A DNA stretch of 63,998 bases, counting the filler, from Reticulomyxa filosa (taxonomy: Eukaryota > Protista > Foraminifera), in assembly GCA_000512085.1 (NCBI GenBank). It is 21 parts of 21 records of this genome, joined end to end, with 100 filler letters (N's around TTAATTAATTAA, not from the genome) between each part and the next. Parts side by side here need not be neighbours in the genome. Positions count along the whole stretch, not along the records: positions 1 to 6,134 come from ASPP01000063.1; positions 6,235 to 10,664 come from ASPP01028223.1; positions 10,765 to 21,281 come from ASPP01012003.1; 18 more parts are not named here. One strand, 5' to 3'. The translations under genes were made by a program, and so were the position numbers. A model generated the notes under the pieces. It did no database searches, was not told the DNA's origin, and saw only the letters and a program-made list of their open reading frames with translations. Below are positions 1 to 11,392 of this stretch, piece after piece; the stretch's first letter is position 1; every line of letters begins with the position of its first letter.

Positions 1-36
<36 letters not shown>

Positions 37-1278
37 CAAAAAGATTGAACACAAGCGAGGAAAAGTATTATTTAAGTGCCACCTTGGTAAAAAAAAAATT
101 CATGGCCACCCTTTGTTGCGCTATGTGATACTTGCGTTTTGAAAAAAGTACATACATATACGCATCTCTCATTTGTCAGGCATGACTCTCGGTCACAAAC
201 AAAACACAAAAACAAATTGGTGCTCCCACAAATCGATACGCTGCACCTACCTTTGATTTTAAGTTGGGTTGTTTTTAAAAAATTATCAACACAACTTGAG
301 TCAATGTTAATTGATCTTGCATCTACACTTTTGTTTCAAAAGTTTCTACGATAATTTTTTTGTCTTGCTTTGACAACATACCTTACAAAAATTCACTGGA
401 AATGACTTGACGTGCTGGCACTTGTCTTTTTCGGAAACGTCAATGAATATTCTCAATTATTACCAAAGATTTAGATAGCTTTTTCTTCTTTCAGAAGAGG
501 TGGTGCATTTATCAACGACTAGAACAAGGCCTCCAACATTTTCAATATTGCTTACCCTTTTTTACATCTTTTTGTTTCGTAATGGTACATGCACAACCAA
601 ACCTTTTCTTTGATATAAAAAATAAATATCCAAGAAAATTTGATATTTTGCCTCTTTAAGTGAGAAAGGAACACTTGCAGTCTTATTTAAAAAGTTAAAA
701 GTCGAGAAAATATGCTATTAATGATTGTATTTACTTTATAATTATTTTTCAAAGTTTTGAAATGATAATGCACAACAAGAAAAATTAATTCTAGAATTTC
801 ATTAAAAATTTTCGACAATTTGTTGAAAAAAAAATCTTTAGATAAATTACAAAATTATAAATTCATTCTCGATGATGTGCATGTGTAGTTATTGCTTTTA
901 TTAACTTTCAAAACTATACACAAATATACATATAAAAAAAGGAACTAGTTCATATAAAAGATTTTTTCCAACACGCAATGGCGCAAATAACTTTTTTAGT
1001 TTAACAATTTACGAAACCCCTTTGCGCCGCAACTATTGAAAAAGTAGGAATTTGTTTATGAAGTCTTATTTTTGAAAAGATATTTTGTGGAAACAAGTGA
1101 AGGAAAACTATTGCAGAAATAGCACATTTTGAAAATCAAAGCACAAGATAATTCAAGATCTTTTTAAAAAACCGAGTTCACTATTCCTTCGTCTTATTAA
1201 ACTCAAATGAAATGAATACACTGGCCGCCCAAAAAATATAAGGATTAACGAGGGTAAAGTGGGCAAAGTGATGCAAGA

Positions 1279-1896
1279 TTATTCAACCTTTACAACACCA
1301 CTTGACTCAGTCGGCAATTTGCGGATTTTTTTAGATAAAACATCAAATTTTTTGGCTTGTTTTTCTCCCAAATTGTCTTTCAAGATCAAGATACAGGAAG
1401 GAACTGATTTGCTTCGCAACCCAGTCTCTTCATCGCATATACTTGTTCTTCTGCTTACCCACACATAAGGAATGCTATACTCTTCACAAAGAATTGGTAA
1501 ATGTGCAATCATATCTGCTTGTCTCACATCTCCACATAATATCATTATACCTTTCTTTTTTTCACGTTGAATGGCCTTTGCACATGGTTTTATTCCCAAC
1601 TATTTATACGATTATTTTCATCATTAACACAATTCATTTATTGCTTATCTTCCACTAATTTTTTTTGTTGCGATAATGCGCTTCTCTTCAAAGAGTCCCT
1701 ACAAATCCTTTGAAGAGGAATTCCATAAAACATTTCAAGAATAAGGTATTGACTTAACTACACAATGCTTTTTACGGTCTTCTTTGACAAAACTAAGCAA
1801 CTTGCAAATTTTCTTTGTCAGTTTCTCTGTGGCCAATGGTTTCGCAAAAATTGCAAGACCATCACTATCCAAAAATTGTGGAAAATGGGAAAGCAT
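1279..1896 (-). CDS. NHP2: L7Ae-family H/ACA snoRNP subunit NHP2-like (2 exons: ~1896-1759 and 1599-1279)
   Basis: Exon 1, read by hand, gives MLSHF...AIFAKPLATEKLTKKICKLL, matching the NHP2 'AKPLA.KKLTKK' motif. Exon 2 GIKPCAKAIQR..GIMILCGDV...IAHLPILCEEYSIPYVWV is the L7Ae core. The exons join across a GT..AG intron. Confidence 0.8.
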
Positions 1897-2237
1897 TGTA
1901 TCTTGCTTTTGTTTTTTACCCCTTTTTTTGCAAAATTTTTGAACTTTTTTGTTTAGGGAAGCTTTTCTTGTACTATTACATTGATTATGTTTTAGTCCAA
2001 TACAAAAATCGAATTTGGATAGTATATTTCATTTATAGCAAGTCTTTAGCAGAGTTTTTAAAAATAGTATCAGAATTAATGACAAAACATGTCTGATCGA
2101 TTGGAATTCGTTTAACCATATTAAAGGGACAAAAGACCTTGCAACATGGAAAAGGGGGAGATTTGTTTTTTACATCCCCCTTCATTAACTTACATCTCCA
2201 TTTCGAATATGAACAAATGCCAAATTTTGGAAAAAGA

Positions 2238-2777
2238 TCACAAAATGGTACAGCAGCCAGCCGGGGGTTTGGTGATGGCAATGTCCTCGATTGTATCCGC
2301 TTTGGTGTTTGTGTTTACTTTTATCTCCTCATCTTTTGTTTTTTCGTTATCGTCTTTGGTCTCTTTTATCTCATTGTTTCTTCCGTTTACACTTTCATTT
2401 TTTGTTGGTTGATCTGCATCGTTTTGATTAAATTGCTGTGACAAACAAAAACGTGATTTCATATCTTCTTTGTATTGCCCCTTCTCAACACCAAAAAATA
2501 CGTAATTCTTTAAATATTATACCAGATGTTCTGGTTCTGCTTCTTCGATTTTGTCAGCTGACCAACTGTTTCTTTTTTGTGGTAGTTTTTCGTGAATATT
2601 GGTTATTGCCTTTTCTGGTGGTGCGCCATATATATTTCTTAGATTACTTGTCTCAAGAGGAACACCGACAGAATCTGCCGAGGGATGATTAATAAGTGGA
2701 GGCAAAGTGTTCTCTCTGTTGTTTGATTCATCTCCTAACCTCGAAAGATTCGTCGTTTTGCCATCTTGATTGGACAT
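2238..2777 (-). CDS. Small hydrophilic protein (~150 aa) with C-terminal CaaX box (CCTIL); 2 exons, intron 2522-2436
   Basis: ORFs 2517..2777 and 2238..2462 join in frame across an 87-bp GT...CAG intron (EPEHL|QFNQND). The protein ends ...PPAGCCTIL*. Confidence 0.6.
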
Positions 2778-3963
2778 CTTATGAATGTTTCTTTTTTAGT
2801 TTGACCTCAAATTTTTTTTGTACGAAAATCGTAAGAATTAACACGTAATCAGTTTTTCGTGTGCTAGTATCCGAAAGTATAAGCTTTAGAATAGCGAAAC
2901 TGTCAAAATAATGAAGTATTAAGTAAATTTTTCAAACATTTTATCTGTTTAAAACTAATTTGTTATGCAAAGTTATGATTGCTTTTAGAAAGATTTTTGT
3001 AACTTTTTCATATATTTAATATAAAAAAAGTGTTTATTTTATTTAATTTGAACAGAGATTGTTCTACTGAAAAAAATTCATATTTAAAGATTGTGTGGGA
3101 CGTCTGCTTCTAACAGTCCACACTAACTGTAATACGAGAGATTTGCTACTTAAAGAAAGTGTAAATTCCGTGAAACGAAATCAAATTAAATAAGTAAAAC
3201 GTAAATTGAGAAGAAAGGAAAGGAAAGAAACAAAGGAGAAAGAAGTAAGTTTTGAGAAAAGTTTAGACTACTGGGGATTCCTCAGTTTCATTTTCGTTCA
3301 AGTATTTGTAGTAGAGACTTGTCCTACAATTATATGCTGTACTTAAAAAAAGCATAATTACATTTTTTTTCTTCATGAAAAAATCAACACGTAATCTGTT
3401 TTTGCTATTTGATGAGAAAATGTTTGCCCACCTTTGAAGTTGAGTCCACATAAAATGCTTATGCTCTTATGTTTTAATAGCCATTGACCGGTTTTTATTT
3501 TATCCTTGTTTTGGAAAATAAGCAGAGACAATTTTTCTTGCAAAAACAGGCATTTATAACGAGTTTTTGGTTAGTTGTTGAAACTTGTTGGCGTTTTTGT
3601 GAACGAAGCAAACCAAAACATTGTGTTCTTTTTTTTTTTGCTCTTAGAAAAAAATGACGAAAAAATGTAAACGAAAACAAAACAAAGAGGGGAAATATTA
3701 TAGCCGCTTTTCACTTTCAATGATTGAAACGAAAAGTCCCCAAGGCAAAACACGCACACACACATATAAGAATCATATTGGGTAATATATTGTAAGGATA
3801 AATCAAAAGCTCAAAAGCTCTTTTAGTCACAAGGGGGAAAATTTGGAGTTCATTTGGCTATAAAGAAAAAAAAAGAAAATAGCTGTATTGTTTGTGTGTG
3901 TGTACGTCAATATTTTTTTTCTTCTTTTGTTTAAGATATTATTTCTTTGACACGACCAGCTCA

Positions 3964-6134
3964 CTAACTATTAGGGGTGACGAACATATCCATTCTTGAG
4001 TGTTGTTGGATGTTAAATCTTCTGGGGGTGGTACCGTCATGCCAAATTTCATTTTGTCTGCCCCTAGAATGATAAATGCTGTGGTCATTGACCGATCCAT
4101 TATCAACACAGAGATGTGTATTGATAAGTGGTGGGATGTCAATCATTCCATATGCACTGCCCATTTGTTGAGTCGAAGCAAAGCCGTAGCCATGGTCATG
4201 AAGTTTGTAAACGTCATTTCCGGAATGGCGAAAATAGCGGTTGTGATGATACTGTCTGTTGTTTTTATGATGGCGATACTTATTATTATTATTAAAATGG
4301 TGTCGTTTTGTGATCTTGTTATTATTATTATTATTATTGTTAATAAAATGATGGTTAGTATAGCCTGTGTTATCGCCGTGCCAAGCACCATTGATTGACG
4401 AAGGTGTATTGAGGTGACTATAATTTGTTGGTTGCACGTCCGTGAATTTGATGACGGTGACAGGGTTTGGAGCAATTGCCGGCGGAATTATGTAATTCAT
4501 GTCCTGTGAGCCCACGACTGTATTTCGGTTATGACTCATTCGCATCATCATCGATGGTACTTTGGTGTCTGCATTTGCAAAGCCTCCGTGCGATTGTGAT
4601 GGAGGGGACTGGGAAAATTGGTTGACAGGATGATGCACTTGCATCATGGAATAATCATTTGGAAACGGTTGGGTTGCCTTTATGCCCATACTTGTAATGG
4701 GTATGTCATTCTCCATCATTTTCCTTAGCACGGGATTGCCTTTGACGCTCTTGTCACCTGTTTGGATGACTTCTGTTATACCGGGTACCATAGCAATGGA
4801 CTGGCGCACATGATCGTGTGAATGAGACCAGACTTGAGCATTTGCACTCAATTCACAAAACGGGTCAGTGGTAGAAGAAGAAGAAGGAGGAAGAGCAGGG
4901 GCAGGAGCAGGAGCAGGAGTTTGAGGAGGAAAAGAATAAAAAACCGACTCTCCTTTTTTTTCGATTGCAGATTGATATTGGTGTTTAAGTTCTTCAACAG
5001 CAACTGCAAGATCTTGTTCGGATTCATCCTGATGCGAAGCGGACATGAAATAGTCTGTAGTATTCATATCCTTTGTCTCTGCTTCGATTTTGTCATTGTC
5101 TGCCTCTATTATTCCCTCAGAATCCATGTTCATATCTTCATCTTTCCAAATGTTGTTTTCGTGAAAACCACCAAAGCTATACTGTAACAACAAAGTTATA
5201 TCCAATCATTGAAAGTTAAAGTAAGATAATCTGATACAAAATAGAATAAGACATACACTTCCAAATGGGGGTGTCTCCAAACCATGGATTTGATTACTGT
5301 CATTGTCATTATGATTATCATCGTGATGGTGAAGGTGATTGTGATTGTGATTGTGATTATTGGCACCATTTCTAAGTTTTTGGGATTGGATTCAAAAAAC
5401 GATTCATTTTCTTTTGATAGCTGTTCATCCATAATTACTTTGGAAGATGACATATAAGCCGAAGTTGGATAAGTGTCGAGCGCGACATCAAAGTGTGTCG
5501 TTGCTGCAGTAGGCGAAAGTGATGAGTTGGCATCCACGTCATTTTGATCTTTGTATCCTATTGGCTCCTCGATTTCATATTCATTTTCATCTTTATCTTC
5601 ATCTTCATTTTCGCTTGTTTCTTCTTTCCCTTGATCTGCCTTGGCATCTTGTTGGTAGGCCACATCTCCCCATAGCCTTGCAATACTTTGAAAAGTTTCG
5701 TTGTCTTCATCGAGTAGTTGCGCGCACAATACCTCATTCATGGCATCAGTCGACTGTTGAAAACGATCGTTGTCAATGTCACTCGAGCCTTTTACCATCA
5801 TTTCCATGGCAGGCGTGTTCCACAGACACAGACCACCAATAGGATCGTCATTTTTGACGTCATCGACTTCGCTATCTATCATTGTTGCCGTTGTTGTTTC
5901 AATCTCTTTTGTGTGAGATGGCACATTGCTTTGCAAGTCAGCGCATTGACTCACGCAAGGCGCAACAGGCGTGTCTAGCTTTGGAATGGAATCTATATAT
6001 GATTGATGCTTTGTTTGATCGATTTCAGAGGTAATCACAACGTCATTGGGCACAACAGATTCCGGCATCGATGTTAGCGTGTGCAAGGTCGCAACAGAAA
6101 ACGATTGCAAAGGCAGAGAAGAAGAAGAAGAAGA
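3964..6134 (-). CDS. Low-complexity, probably disordered hypothetical protein; 5' end at contig gap
   Basis: Two long ORFs (5196..6110, 3964..5205) with coding-like GC content and acidic, Pro-rich and Asn/His-rich tracts. They are probably joined by an intron near 5185-5370. No recognisable domain. Confidence 0.55.
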
Positions 6135-6234
6135 NNNNNNNNNNNNNNNNNNNNNNNNNNNNNNNNNNNNNNNNNNNNTTAATTAATTAANNNNNNNNNN
6201 NNNNNNNNNNNNNNNNNNNNNNNNNNNNNNNNNN
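6135..6234. other. Artificial contig spacer N-TTAATTAATTAA-N (first of 20; others start near 10665, 21282, 26203, 27342, 29822, 31540, 32894, 36735, 38137, 40492, 44477, 48490, 49686, 51602, 52776, 53987, 55587, 57004, 58104)
   Basis: The same ~100-bp N/TTAATTAATTAA/N block recurs 20 times. The 12-mer places stop codons in all six frames. Confidence 0.98.
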
Positions 6235-6970
6235 AAAAAAAAACTTGCAAGAATGACTGTTATGCATTGGAGTGAAGGTGTTGAAGGCATGAGTAGTACT
6301 TGCTTTCCTTTTCCAAAAGTTCAGATTATGTTATATGTAGTGCAATTTCTCAAAAACAATATTAATTTGTTTCTTATTTTTAATTTGTTATTAAATTAAT
6401 CAGGAAATCACAAAATTTATTTTTTTTCTACAATGAAATTAAGTTACTTTAATTACCTAGTTTTTTTTAAAAAATCTCTTTAGAAACACTTTTGAAAAAA
6501 ATTTTAAAAAACAATGAAAAATAGTGAATAAATACAACTGAAAGTAAAATAGACCACTTTTATAAATTTTTTTTGTAACTTAATAGACCAACACTTTTCG
6601 AACTAATTATAGCGAAAATCGATGTTTTCGTTCACCTCATTTTGTTTGATCTAGGGGTGGCCCCTTAGAGTAATGTAAAAATGAAGTGTTCTCGAAATTC
6701 TAAGACTTTTTCACGCAAAACAAAGGATATGAGTAAATTCGTAGTTCATGATCGCGACTACGAAGGAATCTTTGGAAGTTATATTCCAGACACTTGTGAA
6801 ACCGTTGTGAGCTTAGGACAAGTATGTGCATGCATGGAAATAAAAAAATGTCAACACGTAACACTAGAAAAATTGAAAAAGAAATTGCACAAAAATGTTT
6901 GGAAGTGCATACAAACTGCGTGTGCAGTCGAGACTTGTTGTAAAACAAAACGCAAGAATGGTTGGGATAT
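6235..6970. repeat. Copy A of a diverged ~0.6-0.75 kb repeat (3 copies in this contig)
   Basis: Shares blocks such as TTGCAAGA.T.ACTGTT, TTCGTTCAC.TCATTTTGTTTGATCTAGGGGT.GCCCC and GCGA.TACGAA.GAATCTTT with ~7590-8345 and ~9735-10290. Confidence 0.85.
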
Positions 6971-7589
6971 GTTATTTTTTTGATTATGCAAACGAAAACG
7001 TTTTTATTTGCACGTATATTCAAACAAAAAAAATATTTTTTTATATTCTGAAATCTTGTTGTTCATTTGCTGCTTATTGATTGAACAAGTTCAATGATCT
7101 GAACAACGTTCATTAATTTTGTAGCACAAGAAATGCTAGTTTGACAGTAGTCAGTTTTCCAGAAAGCAACATTCAATTACCACAAAGTCTTGCGAAGCTT
7201 AAGGATTGATATTTACTTCATTGCAAATAAATTGTTCATCTAGATTCCAAGGTAGGATTTTATAAATTTATTTATATAGTCTTTGTCTTCTGCTTCTGAA
7301 TAAATTTTTGTATTTGATAGATTATTTGGACGGATGGAAAGAAATCAAGTTCAGTTCCACCAACGTGGACCGCTGGAATTAGCCATTAATGTGTGCTGTC
7401 ACACAAAAAAATCAAATAAGTTACAATACCTAATGAAATATATTGTTTGCATATTCTCAGTAAATATTTTCAAGTGTTTTGAGGATTTGGAAAATTTTAT
7501 CGCAAATATTTAATTTTCATATAATATAATCCTGGAATTTTGCTGAGTTATTTATTAATTTTGTGGAATGGCAGTTTCCAATTAGATAC

Positions 7590-8345
7590 CAATTGCACAC
7601 AAAATGCAAATACACATAGCTGCCTAAAAGAGATAGAAAAGTCTTTGAAAACTTAATTGATATATGCTGCAGAAAAAAAAATGACTAAATTTCTTTGAAA
7701 AACTCAAATCCCTTCATTCAATCAAAATGCAAACGTAAAAAAAAATTTGCAAGAGTGACTGTTGTGAATTGGAGTGAAGGTGTTAAGGCAAGATGTAGTA
7801 TTTATTTGCCTTTTCCAAAAGTGATATTTAATCCAAAGCACATTTGGATTGCTAAAAAACAATAATCGTTCCATTTTTTTATTTTTGATTTGAGACACTT
7901 TTAAAAAAATTAAAATAAAAGAAAAAAACAATGAAAAATAGTAAATAAATACAATTGAAAGTAAAAAATATTATTTTATAATTTTTTTTGTAATTTAACA
8001 AATGAACATTTCGGAAGTAATTATTAGAGAAAATTGATTTTTTCGTTCACTTCATTTTGTTTGATCTAGGGGTAGCCCCTTCGAGTAATGTTAGAAACTA
8101 AGTGTTTCGTAAATTTTGAGACTTACTTACGTAGACTAAAGGATATAAATGTGTTTACAGTTCATAATTGCGACTACGAAGGAATCTTTCAAAGTTATTT
8201 TTTCCGACAAGCGTCCAACTGTGTATGGAAATAAAGAAACTACAGTACGCAATGTACTGAAGATTGAAGAAGTTTTTTGGCAGTGCGTATAAACTACAAA
8301 TACGCAGTCGCAGCTACTTATGGAATAGAATTCAAGAATGGTAAT
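7590..8345. repeat. Copy B of the diverged repeat
   Basis: Same blocks in the same order as copy A. ATTGCACACAAAATGCAAAT is also shared with copy C. Confidence 0.85.
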
Positions 8346-9734
8346 GAATATGCACGAGAAAAAAAATGAAATAGTAAAACATAGCTGATCAATTGTGTTC
8401 CTCACGGTGGCATTGGTATTCTGTTCAGCGAACCGCCGGATTGAGTCTACAAGCGATATCGAAAAGAATCACAACAAGTAAGTGATTTACCTATTGACGC
8501 CATGGAAAGCAAGATAATACAGAAGAGCTGAAGAGTAAATTGTGCAGTCGCAAACAAGTCCGCATTTTGATGATCTTCCTTTGGTTGCTTTTCATTGAGC
8601 TATATTTGTTTTTTTATTTTCACACTTACACATAAAGCTAGTTTATAACAAAAAAAGAATTAAAACTATATTTTAAATTTCTTTTTCAAAAATAGTTCAA
8701 TAAATATAAATTTGATGTCTTTGTATATATCCACATGAATTTGTTAATCTAATGCATAAACTCACTTTTTCTCTAAACTTTTTGATTAGCAGTTATTGGT
8801 AAATTTATGTTTACAAGATACACTTTACCTTACAATAAAAAAATGTGAAAATAATTATTCAAATTGAAATATTATTATTTGATATATTATTTGAATATAT
8901 TTCTGCATTAATACCATGATAGAATTTTGACTTGTTTAAAATATTTCAACAATACTTTGAAAATATCTTTAAAAGAGGACTGATTGATTGACGAAATTCC
9001 TGCAGAAAAAATGTTTGTAAGGAATTGGATATTGCTTTTTTCACTTAATATATTATTGCATCGTGTTCTCTTGTGATAATTTGAGACATATCAAATCTCA
9101 CAACAAAAATCAAAAAGTACTTGCGAGAGTATTGTTTGTCTATGATCTTTCGAGGTTGCCAAATATTTTTTATCTCATTGATACCACAATATTTCTTAGA
9201 AAGAACTTAGCGTCAATTTTGTTGAGACTTCATTTCTATGTTAACATCTGCAGAAAATTTGAATATTCGAGCAAATGTTTCAATATCCATGTGTTTTCAA
9301 AATTTTCTTGATTTTCAATGAGTGGTTTGTTTCTTTTTTGTTCCACATTGTTGAATAAGATTATTCTTGCAAGTCTATTTGTTTTCACAGATATTAGTTC
9401 TTTTCCATTTTGATAAGACTTATTTGGATTAGCTTGCTTGTCAGGCAATGCTGCGGTATTTATTTCAGCATTTTTTCATTTATAGCTCTTTTTAGAGAAA
9501 AAACAAATTAATTTAAATTTGCTTAAAAAAAACAACAATTTTGAGACCATAAAAAACAAATAAATATTTTATTTAAAAAATATTTAGATTAATTAAAAAT
9601 GAAAACAAAACGATTGCTTGTAATTGCATTTCAATATCTTCTTTCAAATGTGCTCAAATTAATGAAATAATCCAATCATTTCTTTGGAACACTTGAATAT
9701 TTGCAGATAATGTTTAAAAAAAAGATTTCCATAT

Positions 9735-10290
9735 TCATTGCACACAAAATGCAAATATGACTAAAGTCTTTGGAAATGTAACTTATACATATTACAGAAA
9801 AAAAATAATTTCTCAACATCTTTGACAGAACTTAAATCACTCAATCAATATGGAAAAGTAAAAAAAACTTGCAAGAGTAACTGTTGTTCTTAGAGAAAGT
9901 ATTGAAGGCAAGCTTGCTTTTCAGATTATGTGATATTTAGTTCAATGCAAATTTGAAAAACAATAATCGTTCCATTTTTTATTTTTTTGTAATTTAACAG
10001 ACCAACATTTTTCGAACTAATTATAACGAAAATCGATGTTTTCGTTCACCTCATTTTGTTTGATCTAGGGGTAGCCCCCTTAGACTAATGGCAGAAATGA
10101 GGTGTTTCGTAAATCTTAAGATTTTCTCGTGTGAAGCAAAGGATATGAGTGAATTAGCAGTTCATAATTGCGAGTACGAAAGAATCTTTAGAAATGATTT
10201 CTTTGCACGTGTCCTACAGTGGTGAACTTCAGACAAGTGTGTAAACACATTGAAGAAAAGAAACGACAGTACGCAATGCACAAAATTTGA
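9735..10290. repeat. Copy C of the diverged repeat (internal deletion relative to A/B)
   Basis: TTTTCGAACTAATTATA.CGAAAATCGATGTTTTCGTTCACCTCATTTTGTTTGATCTAGGGGT is nearly identical to 6595-6658. Confidence 0.85.
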
Positions 10291-11392
10291 ACATCACATA
10301 GGAATTGGAGGTACTTTATTTACTAATGCCCCTTTTCGTCTTTGTAATTTTTTTTTCTTTGTGTTGACTCTTTTGTCGTAGAGAGTGGATGAAGATAGAC
10401 TGTAGTTTGGTCTACAGTATAAAGAGATGTTCTTGGTTATTGTTTCCCTCAAGGGTTATTTCAAATTGTTTTGTGAATTTATTTTGAATATACTTTTTTA
10501 AGGAAAATAAAAAACAATTTTTCGTCTCAAGAAAAAGATTTGATTTTTATTGCTTCATGATTCCTCGTCTTTTTTTTTAAAAAAGAATTGTTCCACTTGT
10601 GGACATGATCATATTTCTTTTTTTGAACAAAACGTTCTTTGATAGTGCAGTTTGTTTTATTGATNNNNNNNNNNNNNNNNNNNNNNNNNNNNNNNNNNNN
10701 NNNNNNNNTTAATTAATTAANNNNNNNNNNNNNNNNNNNNNNNNNNNNNNNNNNNNNNNNNNNNTCCAAAAGAACAATTTCAGTAAAAGGAAAATAAATT
10801 AAAGAGAATAATGACAAAAAGGAAAGTAAGAAAACAAGGAAGTAAGAAGTAGTTAACTGAGGAAGTTTAACCCAAAGGGAGCTCCTCAGTTCCATACGAG
10901 TTCAACCACGTGTGATAAGGGCTTGCCCTACATATAGTAACAAAAAATTACATGGAATAGCACTTTATTAAAATAAGCACTTTCTCAATGAAAAGTCAAT
11001 ATCTTTAAAGTATCTGCACACTTTTTCCAAAAGTTTGAATGTTTTTAAATATTTTTTTGAAAAGAGCTATTTTTGAGTTTTTAATGCCATTTTTCAATTG
11101 CATTAAGGGTAATTTTGCATTTCTTTATTTGCTTGTTCTTTTACATCACAGAAGTTGTGCTATAAGGCTAACGTTAGCGATTTCAGATTTGACTGGAATA
11201 AAAGTACATGAAAACAGAGACATTTTTAACAATATTCTTGTTTGCATTGGTAATGTAGCAAAGCCATTACAAACGAAATAAATACTGGTACGACTTTGTG
11301 TTTTATGTTTAAAGAAATAGAATGTTACAAGGAGACCAACCTTGCTGTTACGTCCATCTAATCTATCATCAAACCATAATTACAAAGCCAGC

